A stretch of DNA of 62,785 nt, taken from IMG/VR virus record IMGVR_UViG_3300031565_000023, positions 1-62,785 of that record; one strand, written 5' to 3'. A program made the translations under genes and the position numbers. This document shows, in pieces, positions 29,491 through 37,313 of this stretch. The notes beneath the pieces are model-generated. The model saw only the letters and a list, made by a program, of their open reading frames with translations. It was not told the DNA's origin and did not search any database. The stretch comes from a virus (taxonomy: Duplodnaviria > Caudoviricetes). Each line of letters begins with the position of its first letter. The stretch's first letter is position 1.

Positions 29491-30182
29491 AAAACAGATT
29501 GGTTGTTCTGTTGATAATATTGTGGATCTTGATCTTCGTTATGCTTTTTTGGAATACGTCTAGGGCTACCGAGGATTGGCCTGACGAGGGAACTATTATT
29601 TTGTCCTGGCGTAACCCTAACCTGCAATTTTTCTATGGGGGAGGGTCATTTCCGCTTCCTGTTACTTATCTTGAAAACCGGTGCGACAACATAGACCGGG
29701 CAGATCAGCATTTTGATGTACTCGGGGAAAATGGTTGCGTCTATACATCCACCCCGGGATCGGGCGCTAACGCACAGTCAACTCTCGACAGCCGGGTAAG
29801 TAGTGGGACATTCGATCACCTTACAGTCCTATTCAATCCTGATCGGGATTGGGAAACGACAAAAAATGAGATGGATAAGATGGATGGCTGGATCTACGAT
29901 TTTGATATGTATATGGCATCTGCGCTTGATGTGCTTGCAACTTGTGGCAGAAAATCATGTTTCAGAAATTTCGGCATGTGGCTTAAAGCATGGAAAGAAC
30001 TGTTGGGGATTTACTCCTGTCATTGTGTTAGCCATGCGCTTTATGCGGTTGGTGAGCCAGATCCGGACACCACTATGCCCTATGATTTTGTCCAGGAAGT
30101 GAGGGCCGGGGATAGGGGATCATGGGTAGTAATAGCTGATTATAATATTGTAGGCGTTGAATTAGTGGAGGAAGGTGATTGA
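29487..30182 (+). CDS. Secreted protein, probable permuted papain-like domain
   Basis: Signal/TM N-terminus; FDHLTV, YDF, YSCHCVSHAL and MPYDF. Confidence 0.55.
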   Translation: MKNRLVVLLIILWILIFVMLFWNTSRATEDWPDEGTIILSWRNPNLQFFYGGGSFPLPVTYLENRCDNIDRADQHFDVLGENGCVYTSTPGSGANAQSTLDSRVSSGTFDHLTVLFNPDRDWETTKNEMDKMDGWIYDFDMYMASALDVLATCGRKSCFRNFGMWLKAWKELLGIYSCHCVSHALYAVGEPDPDTTMPYDFVQEVRAGDRGSWVVIADYNIVGVELVEEGD

Positions 30183-30282
30183 GGCGATTTGTGATTGTCT
30201 TGATAATTTTAGCGATCCACTTTTGTTTTAAGTTTGAGAATGGATGGCTAACGATTTTAGAATGGTAAAGGAGGATTGAAAA

Positions 30283-30582
30283 ATGAGCTACAGAAGAATG
30301 TTTTTACTTGGATCGATTATGATTATCCTGGCATTTGTAGTTGCTTTCACATTATCCGGCTGCGCTACAAGTACCGCACTTAATCTTTTCGGCAATCAGG
30401 AGGTCCACTACATATCCCCGGATGGCGTAGAAAGTAAAATTGGTACCGCCGAAGGGAACACGGCTAATGTAGATGTGGACAAAGAAAAAGAAGTAGTAAT
30501 AGAAATGAAAGAGGTCAATCAAGGCCAGGCGATTCCCGAAAAGAAGGGCTTTTTGAGAAAGGCGCTTGGTTTAATTTTTTAG
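30283..30582 (+). CDS. Lipoprotein
   Basis: Signal peptide with LSGC lipobox; GGAGG RBS. Confidence 0.75.
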   Translation: MSYRRMFLLGSIMIILAFVVAFTLSGCATSTALNLFGNQEVHYISPDGVESKIGTAEGNTANVDVDKEKEVVIEMKEVNQGQAIPEKKGFLRKALGLIF

Positions 30583-30596
30583 AAGGAGGTAGGAAA

Positions 30597-31052
30597 ATGA
30601 GCTTGTATAATGATTATAAGTTTACGCCACGAAAGAGGATAAGAAAAAGAGTTGCACTATTTTTCTGCATTACTGCACTACTTTTCTGCACAAGTGCATT
30701 TGCAGGGCAGAAGGAGATTGTTTTTACCTGGCAGAAAGCCACTATTGAAGCGGATCTGGCCGGCTTCACACTCTATGAGTATGACGCAGATCACAATCCT
30801 ACCGGCAGGGAATTTATTATACCCTACACAGGACAAACGGACTTTACCCATTCCGAAACAATTTCTGCCCCTGATGGTACAGAAACAAAATTCTGCTATC
30901 GTCTTGATGCCTTTGATAATTCTGGAAACTGTAGCGATAAAACGCCCCTCATTGATGATGATAGTCCACAGAAAACCTGTATTGTACTCGACTTTGCAGC
31001 GCCAGGGATGCCGACTCAATTTACCGTCACCGTTATTGTTGTACCGGAATAG
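30597..31052 (+). CDS. Secreted fibronectin-III-like protein
   Basis: Signal ending in AFA; FTW...DLAGFTLY...YRLDAFDNSGN...PGMP. Confidence 0.65.
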   Translation: MSLYNDYKFTPRKRIRKRVALFFCITALLFCTSAFAGQKEIVFTWQKATIEADLAGFTLYEYDADHNPTGREFIIPYTGQTDFTHSETISAPDGTETKFCYRLDAFDNSGNCSDKTPLIDDDSPQKTCIVLDFAAPGMPTQFTVTVIVVPE

Positions 31053-31096
31053 AAATCGGGTCTTAATCGGGTCTTACTATATAGTGCCTTTAGGCC

Positions 31097-31135
31097 AAAA
31101 AAAGCCACAACACATACTATATGTTGTGGTTTTTT
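31097..31135. terminator. Bidirectional intrinsic terminator between the convergent operons
   Basis: aaaaaaagccacaaca...tgttgtggtttttt hairpin with A and T tails. Confidence 0.75.
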
Positions 31136-31164
31136 GGTGGAGGCGGCGGGAGTCGAACCCGCGT
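31135..31164 (-). mobile_element. attP core = 3' end of a tmRNA (ssrA)/tRNA-like gene
   Basis: Minus strand reads ACGCGGGTTCGACTCCCGCCGCCTCCACCA (T-arm, acceptor strand, CCA); downstream of the integrase. Confidence 0.85.
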
Positions 31165-31224
31165 TTTACGCTGTAAGTGCTTGAAATTTAGATACCGGAT
31201 TTAGGATCGGGTCTTAATCGGGTC

Positions 31225-31602
31225 TTAAATTCTCCCTTTTGATAGAATTTCACAGGCATTTATCCTCATGTGAAGCAAATCCTGGCTATTTTTGAGTTTA
31301 ACTGTTCCCCTTTTCCCATCACGCAACTTAAATGTTACCAAGTAACCCTTGCCTTTTCTTCTAATCTTAATGGGTCTATCTACAAGCCAATCTATATAAG
31401 CCTCTATGATGTTATCAAAAGTTTTTGGCCCGATTCCCCTTACCCCTAAAAGATCTTTCCTTTTCATTTTTTTTAATTGCTCAAGAGTTCTAATGCCTGA
31501 ACTTTTGAGAAAGCCAATGGTTTTGGCTGGAAGCTCTAGTTTGTCTATTCCCTGTAGGCCCACATATTGTATCCCTGTTGCCTCATTGTTATCGTGCATC
31601 AT
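31225..31602 (-). CDS. Protein with an RNA polymerase alpha C-terminal domain-like (HhH) fold
   Basis: IDKLELPAKTIGFLKSSGIRTLEQL...DLLGVRGIGPKTFDNI matches the alphaCTD pattern. Confidence 0.75.
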   Translation of the reverse strand: MMHDNNEATGIQYVGLQGIDKLELPAKTIGFLKSSGIRTLEQLKKMKRKDLLGVRGIGPKTFDNIIEAYIDWLVDRPIKIRRKGKGYLVTFKLRDGKRGTVKLKNSQDLLHMRINACEILSKGRI

Positions 31603-32687
31603 TCATCTTCCCCCTTCTTATCCTTGAGCTTAATAACTTTGCCCTTCTTCCGTTCTATAATTTCCTGGGTGCTATCATAGTGTTCATATCTCTGCGTAGT
31701 CCTAATATCTCTATGCCCCAATGCCTTCTGTAATCCCCTAATGTCTTTGGTATCCGCATACGCCTCTGTTGCGCTGCTATGCCTGGTAGCGCCATACATG
31801 GTTAGCTCTTTACTGTATTCTTTTTCATCCCTGGCCTTGTCAAACACCTTCCTCATTAATGATTCGTGAAAAGGTTTACCGTTATTATGAAAAACCCAAC
31901 CATTCGAGAGTCCTTTCCGGGGTAGCAGCATTTCCTTCACCTTGCTATGAAGGTGTTTACAAACCCAACCATCGTTTTTTGTGGTTTCCCTAAATGTGTT
32001 GTCGGAAAACGAGTTTCGTATGATTATCTGATTCTCGTCAAACAGTATGTCTTCCCATCGTAACGCCCGGACCTCTCCTGTCCTCAACAACTCCAGTCTC
32101 ATTGTGATAATGGCATCCACTACCATCGGGTTATCAATCGCACTCAAAATATCTTCCAGCACTTTCCATGAACAGGTTTTCCGGTACCGGTACCCTGGCT
32201 TTTTCCATGCAGGGAACCCCGGCATTTCTCTTATAACTTCATCTTCTTTGAGTTGCTTAAAGAATGAGCGCAACACACTCATAATGTTGTTTTTGGTTTT
32301 GGTGGTTTTCTTTAGCCCTTTATAAAACGCCTTGATCTCTTTTCCTACAATGTCTGCTATGTGGGTGTCTTTGAAGTGTGGGATAAGGACAGTCTGGATC
32401 TTGTTCCGGTAATCACTCCTGGTGCTTGGTGCAAGATCGGCATCATTCAGCCAATCCATAATAGCTACATCAAACGCCAGCTTCACCGCCTTCTTTGGTT
32501 TATAGTGGTCAGGATCAAAGGTTCTCTGCTCAATCTCGTCAAGGATCTTCCCCCTAACCCCGATAGCATAGCGCAGTTCAATCAGGCGTTTACCCTGCTT
32601 GTCGTGGTAAATCTGACAAGTACCATACCGCTTGTCATAGACGGTAAGAACAAAACTATCCTTTGTTTTTTGCCTTACCCCTTTCAT
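31599..32687 (-). CDS. int: Tyrosine integrase
   Basis: LRTGEV, TTK, YGATRH, LGH and TTQRY catalytic motifs; ATG 32687 has an RBS (ORF track starts at 32741). Confidence 0.92.
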   Translation of the reverse strand: MKGVRQKTKDSFVLTVYDKRYGTCQIYHDKQGKRLIELRYAIGVRGKILDEIEQRTFDPDHYKPKKAVKLAFDVAIMDWLNDADLAPSTRSDYRNKIQTVLIPHFKDTHIADIVGKEIKAFYKGLKKTTKTKNNIMSVLRSFFKQLKEDEVIREMPGFPAWKKPGYRYRKTCSWKVLEDILSAIDNPMVVDAIITMRLELLRTGEVRALRWEDILFDENQIIIRNSFSDNTFRETTKNDGWVCKHLHSKVKEMLLPRKGLSNGWVFHNNGKPFHESLMRKVFDKARDEKEYSKELTMYGATRHSSATEAYADTKDIRGLQKALGHRDIRTTQRYEHYDSTQEIIERKKGKVIKLKDKKGEDE

Positions 32688-32754
32688 TAGATCTGCCTCC
32701 CCCAATAGGGAAGGCATATCATTATGTGTGGATTTCGTCAACAGTTTTTACCTG

Positions 32755-32924
32755 TAGTTTAGTTTAGTGCAAGCGAGTTTAGTTTAGTCCAGGTAGTGCG
32801 AACCCAAATTAACAGAGGTGAGTATAATTTAGTCTAGGTTAAGCAATGCTAGGCCACACGAAAATAAAACAACTGAAACTAAAATAATCTAGCGAAATTC
32901 ACATTAACTCACGTTACTGTAGGT
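32755..32924 (-). ncRNA. 5-nt-periodic array 1 (34 units), putative guide RNA
   Basis: + strand tagtt tagtt tagtg caagc gagtt...; A at unit position 2 in 33/34. Confidence 0.75.
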
Positions 32925-33106
32925 TATCTTTTTTTCGTAAATGAAAAGACTTTTATAATTTCCTTTTTGTCAAACCGAGGCTTTCTTCCCCCCTGGGGTG
33001 AGCTATTATTCCCTGGCATCGAAAGAGAAAACATCTTCCTCAATTCTTCTTCCGTTATGCCCCCAACAGGCCACTTAACTAATTTGTATCCTCTTAAATA
33101 TTTCAT
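32924..33106 (-). CDS. Small basic protein, possible excisionase
   Basis: Upstream of int; YL...P...GGRKPRFDKKEI resembles a Xis wHTH; no RBS at this ATG. Confidence 0.5.
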   Translation of the reverse strand: MKYLRGYKLVKWPVGGITEEELRKMFSLSMPGNNSSPQGGRKPRFDKKEIIKVFSFTKKR

Positions 33107-33230
33107 AGTGAAGTTTAGTGCAAATCAAGGTAAAAGATTTCAACATAAGCAAAATAAGTCTAGGGTAAATAACAAAAAAATAGGTAAGATCAAGCCAAGC
33201 AAGTCCAAGAGAGTTCACGATAGATTATTT
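33106..33230 (-). ncRNA. 5-nt-periodic array 2 (25 units)
   Basis: tagtg aagtt tagtg caaat caagg...; A at position 2 in 25/25. Confidence 0.75.
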
Positions 33231-33260
33231 GCTGGATCTACAATGCCTATTTGCATCCCT

Positions 33261-33430
33261 TAAAACAGGTCAGAGAAGAATAGATCAGTACAGAATGGTA
33301 AAGAATAAGTTGATTAAAGGAAAGTTAATAAACCCCAACAAAGCGCATCCTATTGCACAATAGTAGAAACAAATTTAGTTCAATTCGCTTGAGTTCAACC
33401 TAATCTGGCTTAATGTAATACACGCAATCT
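33261..33430 (-). ncRNA. 5-nt-periodic array 3 (34 units)
   Basis: taaaa caggt cagag aagaa tagat...; position 2 is A in 30 and G in 4. Confidence 0.75.
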
Positions 33431-33456
33431 ATTTCCTTGCCCCCCCCTTTAAGGTG

Positions 33457-33571
33457 TAGTGTAGATTAATAAAACGCAACTTATGGCAATATAATTTAGC
33501 TGACTTTAGTTCGACCGATAACAGCTTACCCCATGATAGAGCGCAATAGAACAGCCGAACACAAATCAAGA
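33457..33571 (-). ncRNA. 5-nt-periodic array 4 (23 units)
   Basis: tagtg tagat taata aaacg caact...; position 2 is A in 21 and G in 2; abuts the RAMP gene stop codon. Confidence 0.75.
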
Positions 33572-34207
33572 TTAGGCAAATTTACTAACCAAAAACCTTC
33601 CATATCCCCCTGACTTGTGGTAAGCACCGATCCCACGAAAGACCCCTGTTACCTCAAGTAGTTCTTTGATTTTCTCTTTGGGAACCATGCCTAGGGAAAC
33701 GATTGTAAACTTACACTTCCAGCCCTCTTTAAAACCAGGCATTTGAGATAAATGCCTTTGGCCTAATTTGTTTGCCGGGAAAGAGGTAAGTATTGTTTCT
33801 GGCCTTCTGAAATGTTCGGTGGTTCCTATGCCTATTAGCTTTTCCTTGATTACTATGTCTGAATTGACATAATCCCTGATTGTTTGCCTTCCGGCAACCT
33901 TCACCTTTCCACCACATTCATGCAGCGCCTTTGAAAGCCAGTATTGTATAGGGATCGCAGGAGTTATCCCTTCCTTTTTCATTCGCTTTAATAGATCCTC
34001 TGTTTCAACAACATTTCCGTTCTCCATTTCTTCGTCTGTCCTTGCAAATCTCTTATCATCGGTTGTGTAAAACTGAAACATATTATACTTCTTTACTGCG
34101 CCTTGAGTGGGTGAGGTTCCTTCTAAATCATCAGCTAAAGACCAAAACCTGTCAAACAACAAATCTTTCATTCCTTCTATTTCTGCTTCGTACTCTTTGA
34201 TTTTCAT
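33572..34207 (-). CDS. Stand-alone RAMP/Cas7-like RNA-binding protein
   Basis: N-terminal strand YEAEIEG..DLLF, GWKCKFTI strand and C-terminal Gly-rich loop GIGAYHKSGGYGRFLV; AAGGGAG RBS. Confidence 0.8.
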   Translation of the reverse strand: MKIKEYEAEIEGMKDLLFDRFWSLADDLEGTSPTQGAVKKYNMFQFYTTDDKRFARTDEEMENGNVVETEDLLKRMKKEGITPAIPIQYWLSKALHECGGKVKVAGRQTIRDYVNSDIVIKEKLIGIGTTEHFRRPETILTSFPANKLGQRHLSQMPGFKEGWKCKFTIVSLGMVPKEKIKELLEVTGVFRGIGAYHKSGGYGRFLVSKFA

Positions 34208-34231
34208 GTTTTTTCTCCCTTCAAAAAAGTT

Positions 34232-34391
34232 TAGGTTACAGTAATAAAAGCGAATTTAAACGAGCTTAAAACAATTAAACCCAGGGTAGAGTAGTTTAGT
34301 TCAGCCAAGTAAAAAATACTTTACATAACGAAAGTTGAAATTAAGCTAAATCAAGAATGTCCAGTAAAGGGAAAGTCAGCATAAACGACAT
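34232..34391 (-). ncRNA. 5-nt-periodic array 5 (32 units)
   Basis: taggt tacag taata aaagc gaatt...; A at position 2 in 31/32; lies between the bet stop and the RAMP RBS. Confidence 0.75.
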
Positions 34392-34393
34392 TA

Positions 34394-35509
34394 TTAAGCT
34401 GCTGCTTGCGCTTTTCTCTTTGCTGTAGCCCACGTCCACATCTTGTGAAGTTGTTTTTCGTTCATTTCCTGGATGGGCTTTTCCATCATGTCTTCATCAA
34501 CGTTGATCTTCTTTAGCAGCTCTCTTAGGGCTGACATCTTATCTTCTATCTGGACATTCATAAAATCTTCTTCATTTGTGACCGGATCAAGCGATGGATC
34601 GCTCGATGAATCAATCGATTTCTCCGGCTCTTTCTCTTTGTCCTTCTTCCCTTTGGCCTCATTTTTAGCTTTGGCCTTCCCCTTTTTCTCCGGAGGAGCT
34701 TTCTTTTTCTCAACCCACTTGGAAAATGAAGGCCAAAAAGTTTCATCATTGGTGGCCGCCTCTTTTGCCTCTGCAACCGTACACTTATTGCTAGCTGCGC
34801 TAGCCGCGAGAAACTCACCCAACAAGGCCATGTCCGTTTCTTTCGGTATGTTCTTGTCAAAGTCTTTTGCTGCCTCTGTTTCCTTTCCCACATCGGTGAA
34901 GTCCGCCTCAATGGTCTCGCCCCCCTGGGATGCTTCGGCATCAACATAGAGCTGCTGAAATTCATCGGGCCATATAGATCTCAACCCCTGGGCCTCTGCT
35001 ACTTTGCTAATCATGGTAGGCTGGTTTTCTTCTTTCCAAAAGCGGGTGATCTTCCCTTCGGAGGTTTTTTTCAGATAGCCTTTGAGGTTTACTTCCAGCT
35101 CAAAAGGCTCAATCCATCCCTCCGGGGTGGCCCTAAACCAACCGCCCAGGAGTGTTTCGCCTTCAAGCAGCAATCCCTTGCTGTACTTGATTTCTCCGTC
35201 TTTGGTTTTAACTATGATCCCCTTGTTCCAGCCCTTGCAGTCCGGCATGGATTTTGCCCGGGACCTCAGATAGTCGATGGATACCACGATTGCAGCGTTA
35301 TCCTTCTGGCTGTACTTAATCAGGTACACATCTTTCTTGAATGGGTTTAGCCCTTTGCTCTTACAAATTTGTAGAAAGTAAAAAAGCTCCTGGTCGGTAA
35401 CAAGATCGGCGTCGCCACTTACCAGGAATTTCCGGCAATCATCAAAGGACAGGGTTATCTGCTGCTTGTCCTTTGATTCGTACTTCACTACTCGTCTTTC
35501 TGCCTCCAT
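34394..35509 (-). CDS. bet: Phage single-strand annealing recombinase (Bet/RecT family)
   Basis: GLNPFKKDVYLIKY and W...PTMISKVAEAQGLR..WP...LY. Confidence 0.88.
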   Translation of the reverse strand: MEAERRVVKYESKDKQQITLSFDDCRKFLVSGDADLVTDQELFYFLQICKSKGLNPFKKDVYLIKYSQKDNAAIVVSIDYLRSRAKSMPDCKGWNKGIIVKTKDGEIKYSKGLLLEGETLLGGWFRATPEGWIEPFELEVNLKGYLKKTSEGKITRFWKEENQPTMISKVAEAQGLRSIWPDEFQQLYVDAEASQGGETIEADFTDVGKETEAAKDFDKNIPKETDMALLGEFLAASAASNKCTVAEAKEAATNDETFWPSFSKWVEKKKAPPEKKGKAKAKNEAKGKKDKEKEPEKSIDSSSDPSLDPVTNEEDFMNVQIEDKMSALRELLKKINVDEDMMEKPIQEMNEKQLHKMWTWATAKRKAQAAA

Positions 35510-35524
35510 AATAACTCCTTTCTG

Positions 35525-36208
35525 TTAGGTTTTAAAAACTGTGGACTTCTTTTCATAAATAGTTATGCCTTCGATCTTTTTGATTCCTGTCTTAATCGCA
35601 GCTCGTACTTTCTTCTCGTCAAGCATGAGGTATTTCCTGGGTACTTTGTCAAGCTCGACTTTATCCGGGTCGAAAGTCATAACTCCCCTTTGATGTGCGG
35701 TTCCGCTTGCTGTCCGATGGATTGTTTTTTCTTCCGGTATTGTTTGCATCTGTACCTTCTCCGGCTCGATCCCCTGTTCTTTTGCCTCTGCGTTTAATTT
35801 CTCCTGTAGCTCGGCTGCTGCTTCGTTAGCCTTTTTCTCTGCATCCCTCCGATCCTGCTCTACCTGCGCATCATATTGTCTTATCTTTCTACCCGCTTCT
35901 CCTTCAACGAGCTTTAGCTTCTCCGTAAACAGTTTGCAAAACTTATTAACAGCGGTAAAACGGTTGTAGGGGATCTCGTTTATTTCCTTCCTTCTTTTCT
36001 CTATTTCATTCCCCAATCTTTTTGCATCTGTGCCTTGACTCGTTGCCTTTTTTACGCTTTCATCATCTATGACCTTCAGATCTTTTGCTTCTTTCACCAG
36101 GCGGTTAAATTCGGGCTCATATTTCTCTATGATCGCTAACTGCGACTCTAGGCTGGGTAACGTTATGAGCGTTAAACCTTCTTCCTGTTTTGAAAAATCT
36201 ACAGCCAT
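35525..36208 (-). CDS. Coiled-coil recombination-module protein
   Basis: C-terminal VPRKYL.LDEKKVRAAIK.G...IEGITIYE; context. Confidence 0.7.
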   Translation of the reverse strand: MAVDFSKQEEGLTLITLPSLESQLAIIEKYEPEFNRLVKEAKDLKVIDDESVKKATSQGTDAKRLGNEIEKRRKEINEIPYNRFTAVNKFCKLFTEKLKLVEGEAGRKIRQYDAQVEQDRRDAEKKANEAAAELQEKLNAEAKEQGIEPEKVQMQTIPEEKTIHRTASGTAHQRGVMTFDPDKVELDKVPRKYLMLDEKKVRAAIKTGIKKIEGITIYEKKSTVFKT

Positions 36209-36344
36209 GTTCTCACCCCCTTTTTTAAAAGATTTTCATTAAAAAATACTTTATGATCAACCACCACACTAAAGCGCAAAACAGAATACAAGCCCACCAG
36301 CTCAACGCTTTATACCAATCTACGCTAATCATGTTTGCCGCCCC

Positions 36345-36908
36345 CTATGCTGCGTTAAACCACCTATACGCATTGAGCGCATCCAAAAAATGTTTAAGAT
36401 CACTGGCGCTCTCTTTATACCAATGCACTCTAGGCAGCTTCCCATCACGATCCAATGCCAGGCTGCCGATGTGTGTTATTGTGTAGCCATTTACATTTGC
36501 CAGGTGCATGTAGGCTGCCAGTTGAGCAGCCCATATCCTCTTTAGCTTCGCTGTAGGGATCGGGGTTTTGAGATCGAGCATGGATAACTCCCCCGGCCCA
36601 TCGTCATTCATTTCCACGATTAAGTCCGGGTGTCCTGAAAACCCTAGCTTTTCATCCTTGAGGGAAATTTCCGTATCAATAACCTCTTTCACGTTATTAT
36701 CTAGGAAGTACCGGAAGGAAGAAATGTATCCCCCGTAGATGGGGTTTATAATCGGAAATAGGCCCCGGCCTATGGTTGAGCAGATCCGGTGGATATTCGT
36801 ACCATGATAGGCTTTCTCTTTGAACCGGGCCTTTAGGTTGGGATACCTCTCAAGATCACTATACCCGGAGTAGGGGGAAAGCGCTGTTGTAACGCTGTAG
36901 AATTTCAC
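36345..36908 (-). CDS. PD-(D/E)XK exonuclease
   Basis: SVTT, GTNIH, E, GHPDL, LDLKT and QLAAY. Confidence 0.85.
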   Translation of the reverse strand: MKFYSVTTALSPYSGYSDLERYPNLKARFKEKAYHGTNIHRICSTIGRGLFPIINPIYGGYISSFRYFLDNNVKEVIDTEISLKDEKLGFSGHPDLIVEMNDDGPGELSMLDLKTPIPTAKLKRIWAAQLAAYMHLANVNGYTITHIGSLALDRDGKLPRVHWYKESASDLKHFLDALNAYRWFNAA

Positions 36909-36912
36909 TTAC

Positions 36913-37086
36913 TTATTCCTCGTCTGGACTTATAGTTTGGGAATATGACCACTTCATCAATTCCATCACCGTACATTTAGATGGAAGGCTGTCGGTGTGT
37001 GTGATCCAGTTGGCCACCAACTCGTCCAGGCTTTTGTGTAGCTCCACGTGGCGCTTCCTGTGTTTCTCAATATTACTATCTGTCAT
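36913..37086 (-). CDS. Small 57-aa protein (below the ORF-track cutoff)
   Basis: AAGGGG RBS; MTDSNIEKHRKRHVELHKSLDELVANWI... Confidence 0.55.
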   Translation of the reverse strand: MTDSNIEKHRKRHVELHKSLDELVANWITHTDSLPSKCTVMELMKWSYSQTISPDEE

Positions 37087-37313
37087 TTTAACAGCCCCTT
37101 TGTGATTAGATGATACACCTGTGAAACAATCACCGTAAAAAGTAACAGCCCCACAAGCCAGGCCAAAAACCTTTCAGTCACTTTGCACGAGAAAAACTTA
37201 TAGCTGGCACGATCACATTTTTTTAACAATTTTTCCATTTCGCCTCCTAAAACCAGGCCACCAGGGAAAAGAGGGGATAAGAAAAAAAAACCTGGCGGCC
37301 TGGCGTGAAAGGA

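Larger units (their letters stand above)
31055..31227. repeat. attP arm-type repeats: ATCGGGTCTTA x2 on each side of the core
   Basis: Identical 22-mer atcgggtcttaatcgggtctta at 31055-31076 and 31206-31227. Confidence 0.85.

Noticed and set aside
31135-31164. Complete tRNA/tmRNA gene
   Set aside because: Only the T-arm and 3' acceptor strand are present; treated as the attP core
32755-32790. Simple (TAGTT)n microsatellite
   Set aside because: Only a few units are identical; most of the 148 differ while keeping phase
32967-33263. 98-aa + strand ORF across array 2
   Set aside because: Antisense to the operon, with K/N/S bias explained by the periodic A; no RBS
32755-34391. Canonical CRISPR array or cas operon
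   Set aside because: No 25-40-bp direct repeats with spacers and no other cas genes; the periodicity is 5 nt
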